Source: Candidatus Omnitrophota bacterium (lineage in GTDB: Bacteria > Omnitrophota > Gorgyraeia > JABMRG01 > JAFGKX01). From it: DNA of 64,000 bases. The first letter of the stretch is position 1. The number at the start of each line of letters is the position of its first letter. Below are positions 9,086-19,400 of this stretch, one piece after another. Location: positions 1,065 through 65,064 of the forward strand of contig JAZDPX010000022.1 in NCBI GenBank assembly GCA_043797125.1, in the 5' to 3' direction. The notes under the pieces were generated by a model, which saw only the letters and a list, made by a program, of their open reading frames with translations, had not been told where the DNA came from and ran no database searches. A program made the position numbers and the translations under genes.

Positions 9086-11276
9086 CCCTGACGTGGTATA
9101 TTCCGACTAAAATCCTGCTGAACGTCCTTGCGATTATATCAATGTCACGCAAGGTCAACTCGCATCCATCCATCTGCCTATCAATAAATTTATTGTTTAT
9201 TATTCTCCTGACTAATTCCTCTAAATGCGCCGGAGTGGGGTCGCTCAATGTTCTTGAAGCTGCTTCAACTGAATCAGCCAAAAGAATAATGGCGGTTTCC
9301 TTTGTCTGGGGCTTGGGGCCCGGGTATCTGAAGCCCTCCTCAGCAACTGCGTCGTCACTGCTTTCTGTCTCCAGCGCCTTTTGATAAAAATAATATATTA
9401 ACCCACAACCATGGTGCTGTTCTATCATGTCAATGATCGGCATGGGCAGCTTATATTTTTTAGCTAGATCAACGCCGTCTTTCACATGATTAGTTATAAT
9501 AAGAGCGCTCATGTGCGGCGTGAGGCTAGTATGGGTTGTGGTGGTCTTGGGCTGGTTTTCGCTAAAATACTCGGCTTTTGCGATCTTTCCGATGTCATGA
9601 TAATACGCGCCAACGCGCGCCAAAAGGGAATTTGCGCCTATTGCTTCACAAGCTGCCTCAGCTAGGTTTCCTACCACCAGGCTGTGATGATAGGTCCCTG
9701 GAGCTTTGTTCACCATATCTTTCAGCAGTGGGCGATTTAAATCAATTAGCTCCAAAAGACCAATGTCTGTCGTTAAATGAAACATCCTCTCAAGTATCGG
9801 CAATAAAAATAGGGCTACTGCCGCGGAAACTATTCCAGAACTCACGCCCCACAGCCCTTCTTTTAAAAAAACTGCTGATTCCAAATCATTCATTAACCCT
9901 AATGATGATATGCATATAAAATTAACCAGGCCTACATATAACCCCGCCTGAAACAAATGGGTCCTGCGCCTGGAGTTTTTAACGGCAAATGCGCCGACGA
10001 TTGCCCCGATGAAAGTTACTATAAAGATATTCGTATCTATTCCGCCCATCATCGAGATTATAACGCTCATTATTATTACCAAAGGAAAAACAACGGTGTT
10101 TCCGATAAGCAAAGTAAAAAGCATGGATACGCTTGCGGAAGGAATAAAATAACTCGGTTGCGGAGAAAGCATTATTGCCTTTGCTACGACTGCCATAAAA
10201 AGTATTAAGACGCACATAAGCATTATTGATGAATTATTATTGAGCATCTTTGGTTCAAACAACTGCGCGTATATAATTAATATAAAAAATAACAGCAAGA
10301 GTATCATGCTAAAACTAAATATAAATGAAAAATTATAGGCTTTTCCGGATGATGTCTCTATTGCCGTAAGCATGGCAAGGGTCCGGCTGCTGGCCCTTGT
10401 GCCCTTAAAGATTATTATCTCGCCTTCCTTTACTTCATGCCTGTTATAAAAAGGCTCAACCTGCTCCTGCGCCGCCTTGCGCGCCATGTTTGTTTCTTTT
10501 TCGCCATAAGTGAGGTTAGCAGCTATTCTTTCCGATAAAACATTTATTAATGCCTTTTTGACAGGATGCGGGCAATCCAGTTTTTCATTTATGTAATTGG
10601 CAAACTCTTTTTTAACAAATGAGGATACCAATATTTCCTTAACCTCAATATGCTGGGTTGCCTTTTCATCTGCCTCGCTTTTTATTGTTATCTTCTCTAC
10701 AGACTTTGAAAGAAGTTTCTCTTTGTCCTCATCCGATATTATGGGGCGCGACATAACTGAATCTATCGCTTGAATCGATCCCTGCCGCAGCCGGGCTGTA
10801 TCCTTAAATGAAACCAACTCCGTAAGGTCGTTTAATCCTAAATTTATATTAAACATGCCCTTAAGCTCGGCGTAAGTCTCGTCACTAATTACAGCTTGCG
10901 AATGCGCGATTACATCAATGCTGTCAAAAAATACATTAACCTGATTTTGCACGTCCTTGTTAGCCCTTAAATCCAGAATAAATATATCAAGGACTTCCGA
11001 GAAAGCCTTTTTTTGCGCAGCCTGTGTCCTTACTTTGTCAATTCCCCACATATAAGCAAAGTTAAATGGGGCGTATATATCTTTGGTTGAAACATCGCCT
11101 ACATTTAACTGGCCCCTGGCAGGAAATTCGCCGAGATGAACAATGGCCAGGATAAGCAAGGCTGTTATAAAAAGCGGCACAATAATAAAAGCGGCCTTTT
11201 TGAGGGCCGGCATCTTCTGGACCTTCTTAAATATGCTCGGGACCTTAATCCTTGATTTTATCCTTATCTTTCTCAT
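9021..11276 (-). CDS. 7TM-HD (HDIG) membrane phosphohydrolase, PgpH-like cyclic-dinucleotide phosphodiesterase
   Basis: Extracellular domain, multi-TM region, APGTYHHS, YYHDIGK, LADSVEAASR. Confidence 0.9.
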   Translation of the reverse strand: MRKIRIKSRIKVPSIFKKVQKMPALKKAAFIIVPLFITALLILAIVHLGEFPARGQLNVGDVSTKDIYAPFNFAYMWGIDKVRTQAAQKKAFSEVLDIFILDLRANKDVQNQVNVFFDSIDVIAHSQAVISDETYAELKGMFNINLGLNDLTELVSFKDTARLRQGSIQAIDSVMSRPIISDEDKEKLLSKSVEKITIKSEADEKATQHIEVKEILVSSFVKKEFANYINEKLDCPHPVKKALINVLSERIAANLTYGEKETNMARKAAQEQVEPFYNRHEVKEGEIIIFKGTRASSRTLAMLTAIETSSGKAYNFSFIFSFSMILLLLFFILIIYAQLFEPKMLNNNSSIMLMCVLILFMAVVAKAIMLSPQPSYFIPSASVSMLFTLLIGNTVVFPLVIIMSVIISMMGGIDTNIFIVTFIGAIVGAFAVKNSRRRTHLFQAGLYVGLVNFICISSLGLMNDLESAVFLKEGLWGVSSGIVSAAVALFLLPILERMFHLTTDIGLLELIDLNRPLLKDMVNKAPGTYHHSLVVGNLAEAACEAIGANSLLARVGAYYHDIGKIAKAEYFSENQPKTTTTHTSLTPHMSALIITNHVKDGVDLAKKYKLPMPIIDMIEQHHGCGLIYYFYQKALETESSDDAVAEEGFRYPGPKPQTKETAIILLADSVEAASRTLSDPTPAHLEELVRRIINNKFIDRQMDGCELTLRDIDIIARTFSRILVGIYHVRVEYPNGGRQPKKSNKSDDRDS

Positions 11277-12226
11277 GCCTTCCTTGACGCCCTCTCATAA
11301 GCACCGATTATCTGCTGCACCAGCGCATGCCTTACCACGTCTGTACCGTCTAACATAATAAACTTTATCCCTTTTATCTCCTTTAAAATATCACGTATAT
11401 GGCTAAGCCCTGAATTGTCGACATTCGGCAAATCACTTTGCGTTACATCGCCGGTTATTACAACCTTTGAATCAAACCCTAAACGCGTAAGAAACATCTT
11501 CATTTGCTCTCTTGTGGCGTTTTGCGCCTCGTCCATAATTATAAATGAATCGTTCAATGTCCTGCCTCTCATATAAGCCAACGGGGCAACTTCTATAATG
11601 CCGTTTTCAATATGGTTGTGTATGTGATCCGGTTCCATCATTTCATAAAGGGCATCGTAAAGGGGGCGTAGATACGGCGTGACCTTATCATACAGATCCC
11701 CCGGAAGAAAGCCTAGTTTCTCGCCTGCTTCTATTGCGGGACGTGTTAAAATTATCCTGTTAACAATATTATTCATAAGGGCAGAAACCGCCATGGCCAT
11801 GGCCAGATAAGTTTTTCCTGTGCCTGCGGGGCCTATTGATATCACAATATCAAAGGCTTTCATCGCATCTACATAGAGCTTCTGTCCGTTTGTCTTAGGA
11901 TAAATAAACTGCTTTTTTGAAGGAACTTCTATCTTGTCGCTGTATATGGAGCTGAGGCTTAAGCCGGGGTCTTCATCTGTCTTTTTAATGAGATAATCTA
12001 CTTCATGCCTTTTTATTATCTTGTTTGAACGTATAACATCTAAAAGATGCTTGATGATTTTATTGGCTTTGCCTAGTGATTTTTCATCCCCTGTTATGGA
12101 CAGATTGTCGCCCCGCGCCATAATCTTGACCTTAAATGTCTTTTCAATTGTCTTAAGGTTATAATCATGGTCTCCGAAAAGCAGCCTGGCCTCTTGGGCG
12201 CCCCTTAATATAAATTCCTGTTTCAT
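11273..12226 (-). CDS. phoH: PhoH family ATPase
   Basis: GPAGTGKTYLA, LGFLPGDL, YMRGRTL, DEAQN. Confidence 0.95.
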   Translation of the reverse strand: MKQEFILRGAQEARLLFGDHDYNLKTIEKTFKVKIMARGDNLSITGDEKSLGKANKIIKHLLDVIRSNKIIKRHEVDYLIKKTDEDPGLSLSSIYSDKIEVPSKKQFIYPKTNGQKLYVDAMKAFDIVISIGPAGTGKTYLAMAMAVSALMNNIVNRIILTRPAIEAGEKLGFLPGDLYDKVTPYLRPLYDALYEMMEPDHIHNHIENGIIEVAPLAYMRGRTLNDSFIIMDEAQNATREQMKMFLTRLGFDSKVVITGDVTQSDLPNVDNSGLSHIRDILKEIKGIKFIMLDGTDVVRHALVQQIIGAYERASRKA

Positions 12227-12230
12227 TAGC

Positions 12231-12794
12231 TTATTTTACATCCTTTGATTGCGATTCTTTTTCAAGCGGCGGTATAACAAGCACCATCCCGGGTTTTAAT
12301 TTTTCCGGATCCTTTATCTTATCCATATTAGCTTCGTATATCATTGTCCATTTCAATGCCTTACCATAAACTTTTTGCGAGATATGGCCGAGCGTATCCC
12401 CTTCTTTTACCGTATATGTGGTGGGCTGTTGCGGTGTTTCGGATATTGTTTCTTCTATTTCCTCGGCTTGGGGCTCCTCGAACTCTTCTGCCTGCCGGGA
12501 AGAATAAGATTCTGTTTCCCGGGAATATTCTGACTTTGTTGTCTGGGCAGGTTTTTTTGTTTCCTGCTTAGTTTGCCTCATTTCATCCCACGTGGGTATT
12601 TCCACCCGCACGTCTATAAATTCTCTTGTTGTATCCTTGCCTGCGGTTGACTTCGCCGGTCCAGAGCCTTGCAGATATCCACGGTTTCCGGAAACATCCT
12701 GGTCAACCTTTTCTCTTACTACTTTTTCTACCGTAACGCAACCCGGCAGCAATATAATTGCAGCTAAAGCTATAAATAAACGCATTACATTCAT
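12231..12794 (-). CDS. LysM-domain lipoprotein
   Basis: GGAGG before the ATG at 12794; lipobox LPGC; C-terminal YTVKEGDTLGHIS..YG...W..IYEAN LysM domain. Confidence 0.85.
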   Translation of the reverse strand: MNVMRLFIALAAIILLPGCVTVEKVVREKVDQDVSGNRGYLQGSGPAKSTAGKDTTREFIDVRVEIPTWDEMRQTKQETKKPAQTTKSEYSRETESYSSRQAEEFEEPQAEEIEETISETPQQPTTYTVKEGDTLGHISQKVYGKALKWTMIYEANMDKIKDPEKLKPGMVLVIPPLEKESQSKDVK

Positions 12795-12805
12795 CTTGCC
12801 CCTCC

Positions 12806-12958
12806 TTTTAATTAAAAATTTAAAATGCAAAATTAAAAATTACAATTAAAAATTTAAAAACATAGATTGCTTCGCCCTCGCTTCGCTCGGGCTCGCAATG
12901 ACATTTTTTAATTTTGAATTGCAATTTTACATTTTGAATTTTTAATTTTTAATTTTAA
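12806..12958. repeat. AT-rich heptamer inverted array with a REP-like element inserted in its centre
   Basis: Forward and reverse arms flank 12865..12902. Confidence 0.8.
12865..12902. repeat. GATTGCTTCG...CTCGCAATGAC REP-like element, copy 2
   Basis: gattgcttcgccctcgcttcgctcgggctcgcaatgac. Confidence 0.78.
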
Positions 12959-14722
12959 CTATTTGTTTTCTTCCTTCAACCTCAATCCCAACTCATCCAG
13001 CTGCTTCTTCGCAACATCTGAAGGCGCATCTGTCAGCATGCATACAGCACGCTGCGTTTTAGGAAAAGCTATTATTTCTCTTATTGAATCCACTCCCGCC
13101 ATTATCGCCAGGAGTCTATCCATGCCCAGCGCTATCCCTCCATGGGGAGGGGCGCCATATTTAAATGCCTTTGTCAAAAAGCCAAATCTTTTCTCAGCCT
13201 CTTCATCATTTATTCCTATTATTTTAAATATCTTTTTTTGCAGGTCCTGCTTGTGAATCCTTATGCTGCCGCTTGCTATTTCCACGCCGTTTAGGACTAA
13301 ATCGTAAGAACAGGCCCTTGCTAATTGAGGCGCCTTTTCAATGTTGCTGATGTCATCTTCGTGCGGCGAGGTAAAAGGATGATGCTCTGATTCCCATCTT
13401 TTTTCCTCTTGATTATAGAAAAAAAGCGGAAATTCCCTGACCCACAAAAATTTATAGGTATTGTTTTTAATAAGGCCTTTGCCTTGCGCGAATTTTCTTC
13501 TTAATTCATCCAGGATGCAATTGACCTTTTTTGCCTCATCAGCCACAAACAAAAGTAAATCGCCGTCTTCGGCCTGGGTCTTTGCTGATATAATATTTTG
13601 CTGGCCGTCTGTGAAAAATTTAGTAATCGGGCCCGTAAGTTTTCCGTTTTCAACCTTAAAATACGCAAGCCCTCCCGCGCCTAATGATTTTACAAATTCC
13701 GTCAACGAATCTATTTTGCTGCGTGATATATCTTTTTCGCCCTTTATATTAATCGCCTTTATCACGCCGCTTTTTGCCGCTTCCTTGAATATCTTAAAAT
13801 CGCTCTCTCTTAGCTCGTCGGTTAAATCAATCAATTCCAGGCCAAAACGCATATCAGGCTTGTCAGTGCCAAACCTTCTGGCGGCATCTTTGTGGGTAAG
13901 CCGCTCAAACGGTACTTTAAGTTCTATATTAAGTGCCTCCTTAAAAAGTTTTGCGAGAAGCCCTTCTATCAATAAAAAGATATCCTCTTCTTTTATGAAA
14001 GACATCTCTATATCAAGCTGCGTAAATTCCGGCTGCCTGTCAGCGCGCAGGTCCTCGTCCCTGAAACATTTAACTATCTGAAAATACCTGTCAAGGCCGC
14101 TTACCATAAGTATCTGCTTGAAAAGCTGCGGTGACTGCGGCAGGGCAAAAAATTTACCCGTGTTAATCCTGCTTGGCACTAAATAATCGCGCGCGCCTTC
14201 AGGCGTGGATTTTGTCAAAACCGGGGTCTCCACATCAATAAAACCCAGCTCATCCATATAATCTCTTATAACCTTAAAGGCCTTATGCCTGAAAATTATA
14301 TTCTTCTGCATCTTTGGGCGCCTTAGGTCAAGATAGCGGTACTTATAGCGCACGTCTTCGGAAAGCACCGAATCGTCACTTATCTCAAATAAAGGCGGCT
14401 CTGAAACATTAAGCAGCTCAAGCCTTGAAGCAACAACCTCTATTTCGCCTGTTGGAATATTTTTATTCTCGGTTCCCGGGGGGCGCAATTCTGTTCTGCC
14501 CTCAACAAGCAGTACATATTCGTTTCCTATTTGCTGGGCTTCTTGGTGGAGCTTTTGATCTATTTTGGGATTGAATACAACCTGCGTAACCCCGTAACGG
14601 TCTCTTAAGTCGATGAACAAAACCCCGCCATGGTCGCGGATAGTATCCACCCACCCGCAAAGAGTTACATCTTTGCCCATGTCCTTGCTATCTAATTGGC
14701 CGCATGTGTGGGATCGTAGCAT
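12959..14722 (-). CDS. aspS: aspartate--tRNA ligase
   Basis: RSHTCG, FIDLRDRYG, STPEGARDYLVP, CFRDEDLRADRQPEFTQLD, GAPPHGG. Confidence 0.97.
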   Translation of the reverse strand: MLRSHTCGQLDSKDMGKDVTLCGWVDTIRDHGGVLFIDLRDRYGVTQVVFNPKIDQKLHQEAQQIGNEYVLLVEGRTELRPPGTENKNIPTGEIEVVASRLELLNVSEPPLFEISDDSVLSEDVRYKYRYLDLRRPKMQKNIIFRHKAFKVIRDYMDELGFIDVETPVLTKSTPEGARDYLVPSRINTGKFFALPQSPQLFKQILMVSGLDRYFQIVKCFRDEDLRADRQPEFTQLDIEMSFIKEEDIFLLIEGLLAKLFKEALNIELKVPFERLTHKDAARRFGTDKPDMRFGLELIDLTDELRESDFKIFKEAAKSGVIKAINIKGEKDISRSKIDSLTEFVKSLGAGGLAYFKVENGKLTGPITKFFTDGQQNIISAKTQAEDGDLLLFVADEAKKVNCILDELRRKFAQGKGLIKNNTYKFLWVREFPLFFYNQEEKRWESEHHPFTSPHEDDISNIEKAPQLARACSYDLVLNGVEIASGSIRIHKQDLQKKIFKIIGINDEEAEKRFGFLTKAFKYGAPPHGGIALGMDRLLAIMAGVDSIREIIAFPKTQRAVCMLTDAPSDVAKKQLDELGLRLKEENK

Positions 14723-14724
14723 AA

Positions 14725-14753
14725 GTTTAAAGGTTAAAGGTTAAAGTTTAAAG
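14725..14753. repeat. heptamer array (GTTAAAG)n overlapping the hisS stop
   Basis: gtttaaaggttaaaggttaaagtttaaag; reverse complement of the 15998..16029 array. Confidence 0.75.
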
Positions 14754-15997
14754 TTGTTCAAAAAATCTGCAAGTTGGTTAAGGTTTACTTTTTGTTGCTC
14801 GCCGGTTTTCATGTTTTTTAAATTAACTTCTTGTGTTTTTAGTTCATCGTCGCCTATTACCGCGACAAACTTTGCGTTTTTCTTATCGGCGTAGCGCATC
14901 TGCGCTTTAAGCGATCTTGCCTGGTAATCCATATCACATGATATGCCCTTTTTTCTCAATTTATTCTGAAGCGCAAACGCCTCTTTATAAGATGCTTCGT
15001 TCATGGCGACAATAAATAATACAGCGCAAGGAGCGCTGTATTTAAGCTTTTCCTTGTCTATAATGCTTATCAGCCTCTCAAAACCTATTGCAAACCCGCA
15101 TGAGCCTGTTTCCTGGCCGCCTAAATCTGAAACAAGATTATCATACCTGCCGCCTGCTGCGACAGCGCTTTGCGCTCCCAGGCCCTGGGCTATTACCTCG
15201 AACACCGTCTTTGTATAATAATCAAGGCCTCTTACTAAAAACGGGTCAAATTCAAAACTTATATTTTCAGCGTTTAAGATGCCCTTAACCTTGTTGAAGT
15301 GCGCGGCGCATTCTTCGCACAGATGACTGTTGTCAATGTTTAACATGCGTAGGTTGTTTTTGCATACTTCGTTTTTGCAATCTAAAATACGTAATATGTT
15401 GGTGCTATATCTGTCCTGGCAATCCTGGCATAATTTCTTTATCTGCGGCTTTAATATGCCCTTCAGCTGTTTTTTAAATTTTTCTTTGTCTTTGCTGCAT
15501 CCAAGTGAATTTAACTTGAGCTTATAATCGCTTAAAAACAGCTGTTTCAAAATATCCTCTAATAATATTATTATCTCGCAATCCGCGTAAGGCGAATAAG
15601 TACCTAAGATTTCAACTCCTGTCTGGTAAAATTCCCTCTGCCTGCCTGCTTGGGGCCTTTCGCTTCTGTACATGGGGCCAAAATAAAATAACTTTACAAA
15701 TTGCTGCGTCTTTGATAAATCATGCTCAATATACGCCCTCACAACAGATGCGGTTTGTTCCGGGCGCAGGCATATATCACGCCCTCCCTGGTCAGTAAAG
15801 GCATACATCTGCTTTTGCACTATATCCGTATCCTTGCCTACGCCTCTTTCGAAAAGGGCCTTCGGTTCTATTATCGGCGTGCGGATTTCCTCATAACCGT
15901 ACTTGGCATAGATATTACGGCAGATGTTTTCAATGTATTTCCAGAATCCGGATTCCGGCGGCAATATATCCTGAGTTCCTTTAAGTGAACTTATCAT
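14741..15997 (-). CDS. hisS: histidine--tRNA ligase
   Basis: LRPEQTASVVR, RSERPQAGRQREF, LVRGLDYY, GGRYD. Confidence 0.97.
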   Translation of the reverse strand: MISSLKGTQDILPPESGFWKYIENICRNIYAKYGYEEIRTPIIEPKALFERGVGKDTDIVQKQMYAFTDQGGRDICLRPEQTASVVRAYIEHDLSKTQQFVKLFYFGPMYRSERPQAGRQREFYQTGVEILGTYSPYADCEIIILLEDILKQLFLSDYKLKLNSLGCSKDKEKFKKQLKGILKPQIKKLCQDCQDRYSTNILRILDCKNEVCKNNLRMLNIDNSHLCEECAAHFNKVKGILNAENISFEFDPFLVRGLDYYTKTVFEVIAQGLGAQSAVAAGGRYDNLVSDLGGQETGSCGFAIGFERLISIIDKEKLKYSAPCAVLFIVAMNEASYKEAFALQNKLRKKGISCDMDYQARSLKAQMRYADKKNAKFVAVIGDDELKTQEVNLKNMKTGEQQKVNLNQLADFLNNFKL

Positions 15998-16029
15998 CTT
16001 TAACCTTTAACCTTTATCCTTTAACCTTT
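15998..16029. repeat. heptamer array (CTTTAAC)n at the HU/hisS junction
   Basis: ctttaac ctttaac ctttatc ctttaac cttt. Confidence 0.75.
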
Positions 16030-16289
16030 TGTTTCATCACAAGCCCGGGCTTAAATATAACCGCTCTTTTAGGTGCGACTGCCACGGTTTCGCCTGTTCG
16101 CGGATTGCGCGCTGTCCTGGCTTTTCTTGATTTTACCTTAAATACGCCAAAATTGCGCAATTCAATTGTCTCGCCAGAAGCCAGAATATCCACTATGGCA
16201 TCAAGCGACTTTTGCAGTATCTTTTTTGTTACTATCTGCCTGATTCCTGTTTCATCCGCAACGCGTATTGCTATCTCTTTCTTTGTCAT
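16014..16289 (-). CDS. HU/IHF family DNA-binding protein
   Basis: MTKKEI, IELRNFGVF, ARNPRTGE, FKPG. Confidence 0.93.
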   Translation of the reverse strand: MTKKEIAIRVADETGIRQIVTKKILQKSLDAIVDILASGETIELRNFGVFKVKSRKARTARNPRTGETVAVAPKRAVIFKPGLVMKQKVKG

Positions 16290-16343
16290 ATCACACCCTC
16301 CGAAATTTTTGAAAAAAATTTTGTCCCGAGCACTACTGAAATC

Positions 16344-16363
16344 CCTGCCTGCCGGCAGGCAGG
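16344..16363. repeat. 20-bp palindrome CCTGCCTGCCGGCAGGCAGG, copy 1
   Basis: Perfect palindrome; six copies in the window. Confidence 0.9.
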
Positions 16364-16463
16364 CGAACAGGTGTGAGGATTTACTACTAGCGAGGGATCT
16401 TAACTTGTTGTAACTGGTTTAAAGACTTTAACATATAAACATCGTACAGTCAAGATTTTTCAC

Positions 16464-16490
16464 TAGGGCGCCATAAATGGCGCCCCTACA
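16464..16490 (-). repeat. GTAG-type REP-like hairpin overlapping the dnaE stop codon
   Basis: Minus strand reads tGTAGgggcgccatttatggcgccc; the TAG is the dnaE stop. Confidence 0.65.
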
Positions 16491-19400
16491 GCCACATTTT
16501 TACCCTGCCTGCGCCAATCAAGCCCTCTATTTCTTCTATCAGCTCATCTGAAGGCAAGACAGTTATATTTCTTCCTGTTGACAGCTGCAGCTGCCGCTTA
16601 TCCTGTGTGGTAAAATTCAAATAAACAGGCACATTGCCTTTGTGCTTTTTAAGGATATTGCTGAGTTCCTGCAGGGTGTGTTTTTCAAGCCCTGTTGTAT
16701 ACAGTTTTATGGATAAAGCCTGGACATATTTTTTCCTCGCCTCATCCAGGGGCAGGATCTCGTCCGCGATAATCTTCGGCGTATCTTCCCGCAAATTTAA
16801 CACGCCCTTGATAAATACGATTGAATCCTCTACAACATATTTGCCTGATAGCTTATAGCTGCGCGGAAACACAAGCACCTCAATTGTGCCTTTTAAGTCT
16901 TCCATGATAAGAATAGCCATTTTCTCATTTGTCCTTTTTGTAAATGTGAATTTGGCTTTTGTTATTATGCCTCCTATTGAAATAGACTGGCCGTCCGTAA
17001 GTTCGCTTAAGTTAGCGGTGTTGTGTGCGGTGAACATCTTAAGCGCCTTTTCATGCTTTGCCAAGGGATGGCCTGTTATGTAAAAACCAAGCAGCTCCTT
17101 TTCAAAAGCTAAAAGCTGATTTTGCGGCCATTCTTTTACATCAGGCACCTGCTGAAATTCGTTTTTAAATGTCTCGCCTGACTCAAACGCATCGAAGAAT
17201 GAGAGCTGGCCGGAGTCCCTGTCCTTCTGCAGGACATCCGCTACCTCAAGGGCGTGGTCTATCATCGCGACCATTTGCGAGCGATGAAGCTTGAAATTAT
17301 CAAATGCGCCGCATTTGATAAGGCTTTCTATGACCTTCCTGTTTGCCAGGCGCAGGTCAACGTGCTCGCAGAAATCATACAGAGTTTTGAATTTGCCGCG
17401 TTCTTTTCTTGCCGCGACAATGGAATTAACAGCAAGCTCACCGACATTTTTAACCGCGGTAAGACCGAAACGGATGGAGTTTGCCGTAACCGTAAAATGC
17501 GCGAAACTCTCATTAATGTCAGGAGGGAGTATTTCTATTCCTAAGCTCTTTGCCTCATCGATATATAAAACCACCTTGTCAGTATTGTCGCGCTCGCTGG
17601 TAAGCAGGGCTGCCATAAATTCTATGGGAAAATTCGCCTTAAGATACGCTGTCCTGTAAGAAATCATCGCGTACGCCGCTGAATGAGAACGGTTAAAGCC
17701 GTAGCCTGAAAAATATTCAATCAGGTTGAAAATCTTATCAGCAACGTTCGCGGTTACGGAATTTTTCACGCACCCTTCAATAAATAATTTTCTTTGTTTT
17801 TGTATAACCTCCGGGGTCTTTTTGCTTATTGCCCTGCGCAGCGTATCTGCCTGGCTTAACGAGAAACCAGCAAGTTTATTCACAATCTGCATAACCTGCT
17901 CTTGATAAAGTATAATCCCGTAGGTGGGTTTTAATATGTCTTCCAACAAGGAATGGTCGTATTTAACCCTTGTGTGCCCGTGTTTTCTTTTCATAAAATC
18001 ATCCACCATGCCGCTGCCTATAGGCCCGGGCCTGTATAAAGCCAAAAGCGCTACAATATCTTCAAATACGGTGGGTTTTAATTTTTTAAGCAGGTCGCGC
18101 ATTCCCCTGCTTTCAAGTTGAAACACGCCGATGGATTTCGCGTCGGAAAGAAACTCATAAGTCTTTTTATCATCCATCAATATTTTTTCTATATCCAGGT
18201 CTATTGCCTTTGTGCGCTTTATTATTTTAACTGCCTCGCTTATAACAGTCAAAGTCCTAAGGCCCAGAAAATCCATTTTCAGAAGCCCTATCTGCTCAAG
18301 CGAGCCCATGGGATAGCCTGTTGTTATCTGGTCGTCGTTGGTCTTAAACAAAGGCAGATAATTCACAAGCGGTTTCTGGCTGATAACCACGCCTGCCGCG
18401 TGAGTTGAAGCGTGCCTTGTAACGCCTTCCAATACAAACGCGGTATCTATAAGCCTTGTAACGCGCTTGTCGCTTTTATACATATCCATAAGTTCAGGTT
18501 CCTGCTCCAGCGCGGCGCTAAGTTTTATATTTAAATCATTAGGCACAAGCTTCGCTATCTTATCCGATTCGGCGTAACTGAATCCCATGACCCTGGCCAC
18601 GTCCCTTATAACTGCTTTTGCCAGCATGGTCCCGAATGTTATTATCTGGGCAACATTCTCCTTGCCATATTTTGAAATAACATAATTTATAACCTCGTCT
18701 CTTCTTTCATAGCAAAAATCTATATCTATATCAGGCATAGTGATCCTGTCCGGGTTCAAGAATCTTTCAAAAAGCAGGTTATGCTTAAGCGGGTCTAAAG
18801 CCGTTATTCCTAGGCAAAAACTTACAGCGCTTCCGGCTGCAGAGCCCCTGCCCGGGCCTACAGGAATATTGTTTTCTTTGGCATACCTGATAAGGTCCCA
18901 CACAATTAAAAAGTAGCTGACAAAATTACTCTGCTCAATAACTTTAAGCTCGTAATCCAGCCTGTCGGTTACTGCCTTATCAGCGTCGGGATACCTTTTT
19001 TTTGCGCCGGCATCTGTGAGCTCTCTTAAAAATTGCTCCTGGGTCTTATTTTCAGGCGGGGTAAATACAGGCAGATGAAGCTTATTCAACTTAAGCTCAA
19101 GATTGCATTTATCCGCGATTTCGAGAGTATTGGATATTGCCTGCGGAACATCCTTAAAAAGATTTGACATTTCTTCGGCGGTTTTAAAATAAAACTCGTC
19201 TGTCTTAAACCTCATGCGGTTGGGGTCATCCAAAGTGGTCTGCGTCTGTATGCAAAGAAGCGCCTCATGCGCGTACGCGTGGTTTTTCTGTAGATAATGA
19301 TAGTCATTTGTCGCAACCAAAGGAATATCTAAATCCTTAGACATCTGAATAAGAGCCTTATTCGCCTTAAGCTGCTCTGCTAACCCGTGATCCATAAGCT

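Noticed and set aside
12795-12830. Upstream start extensions of ORFs at 12830, 39520, 40155, 41470 and 44717
   Set aside because: The extensions translate repeats or overlap neighbouring genes. Downstream ATGs fit the SD or gene-junction positions and family N-termini better.
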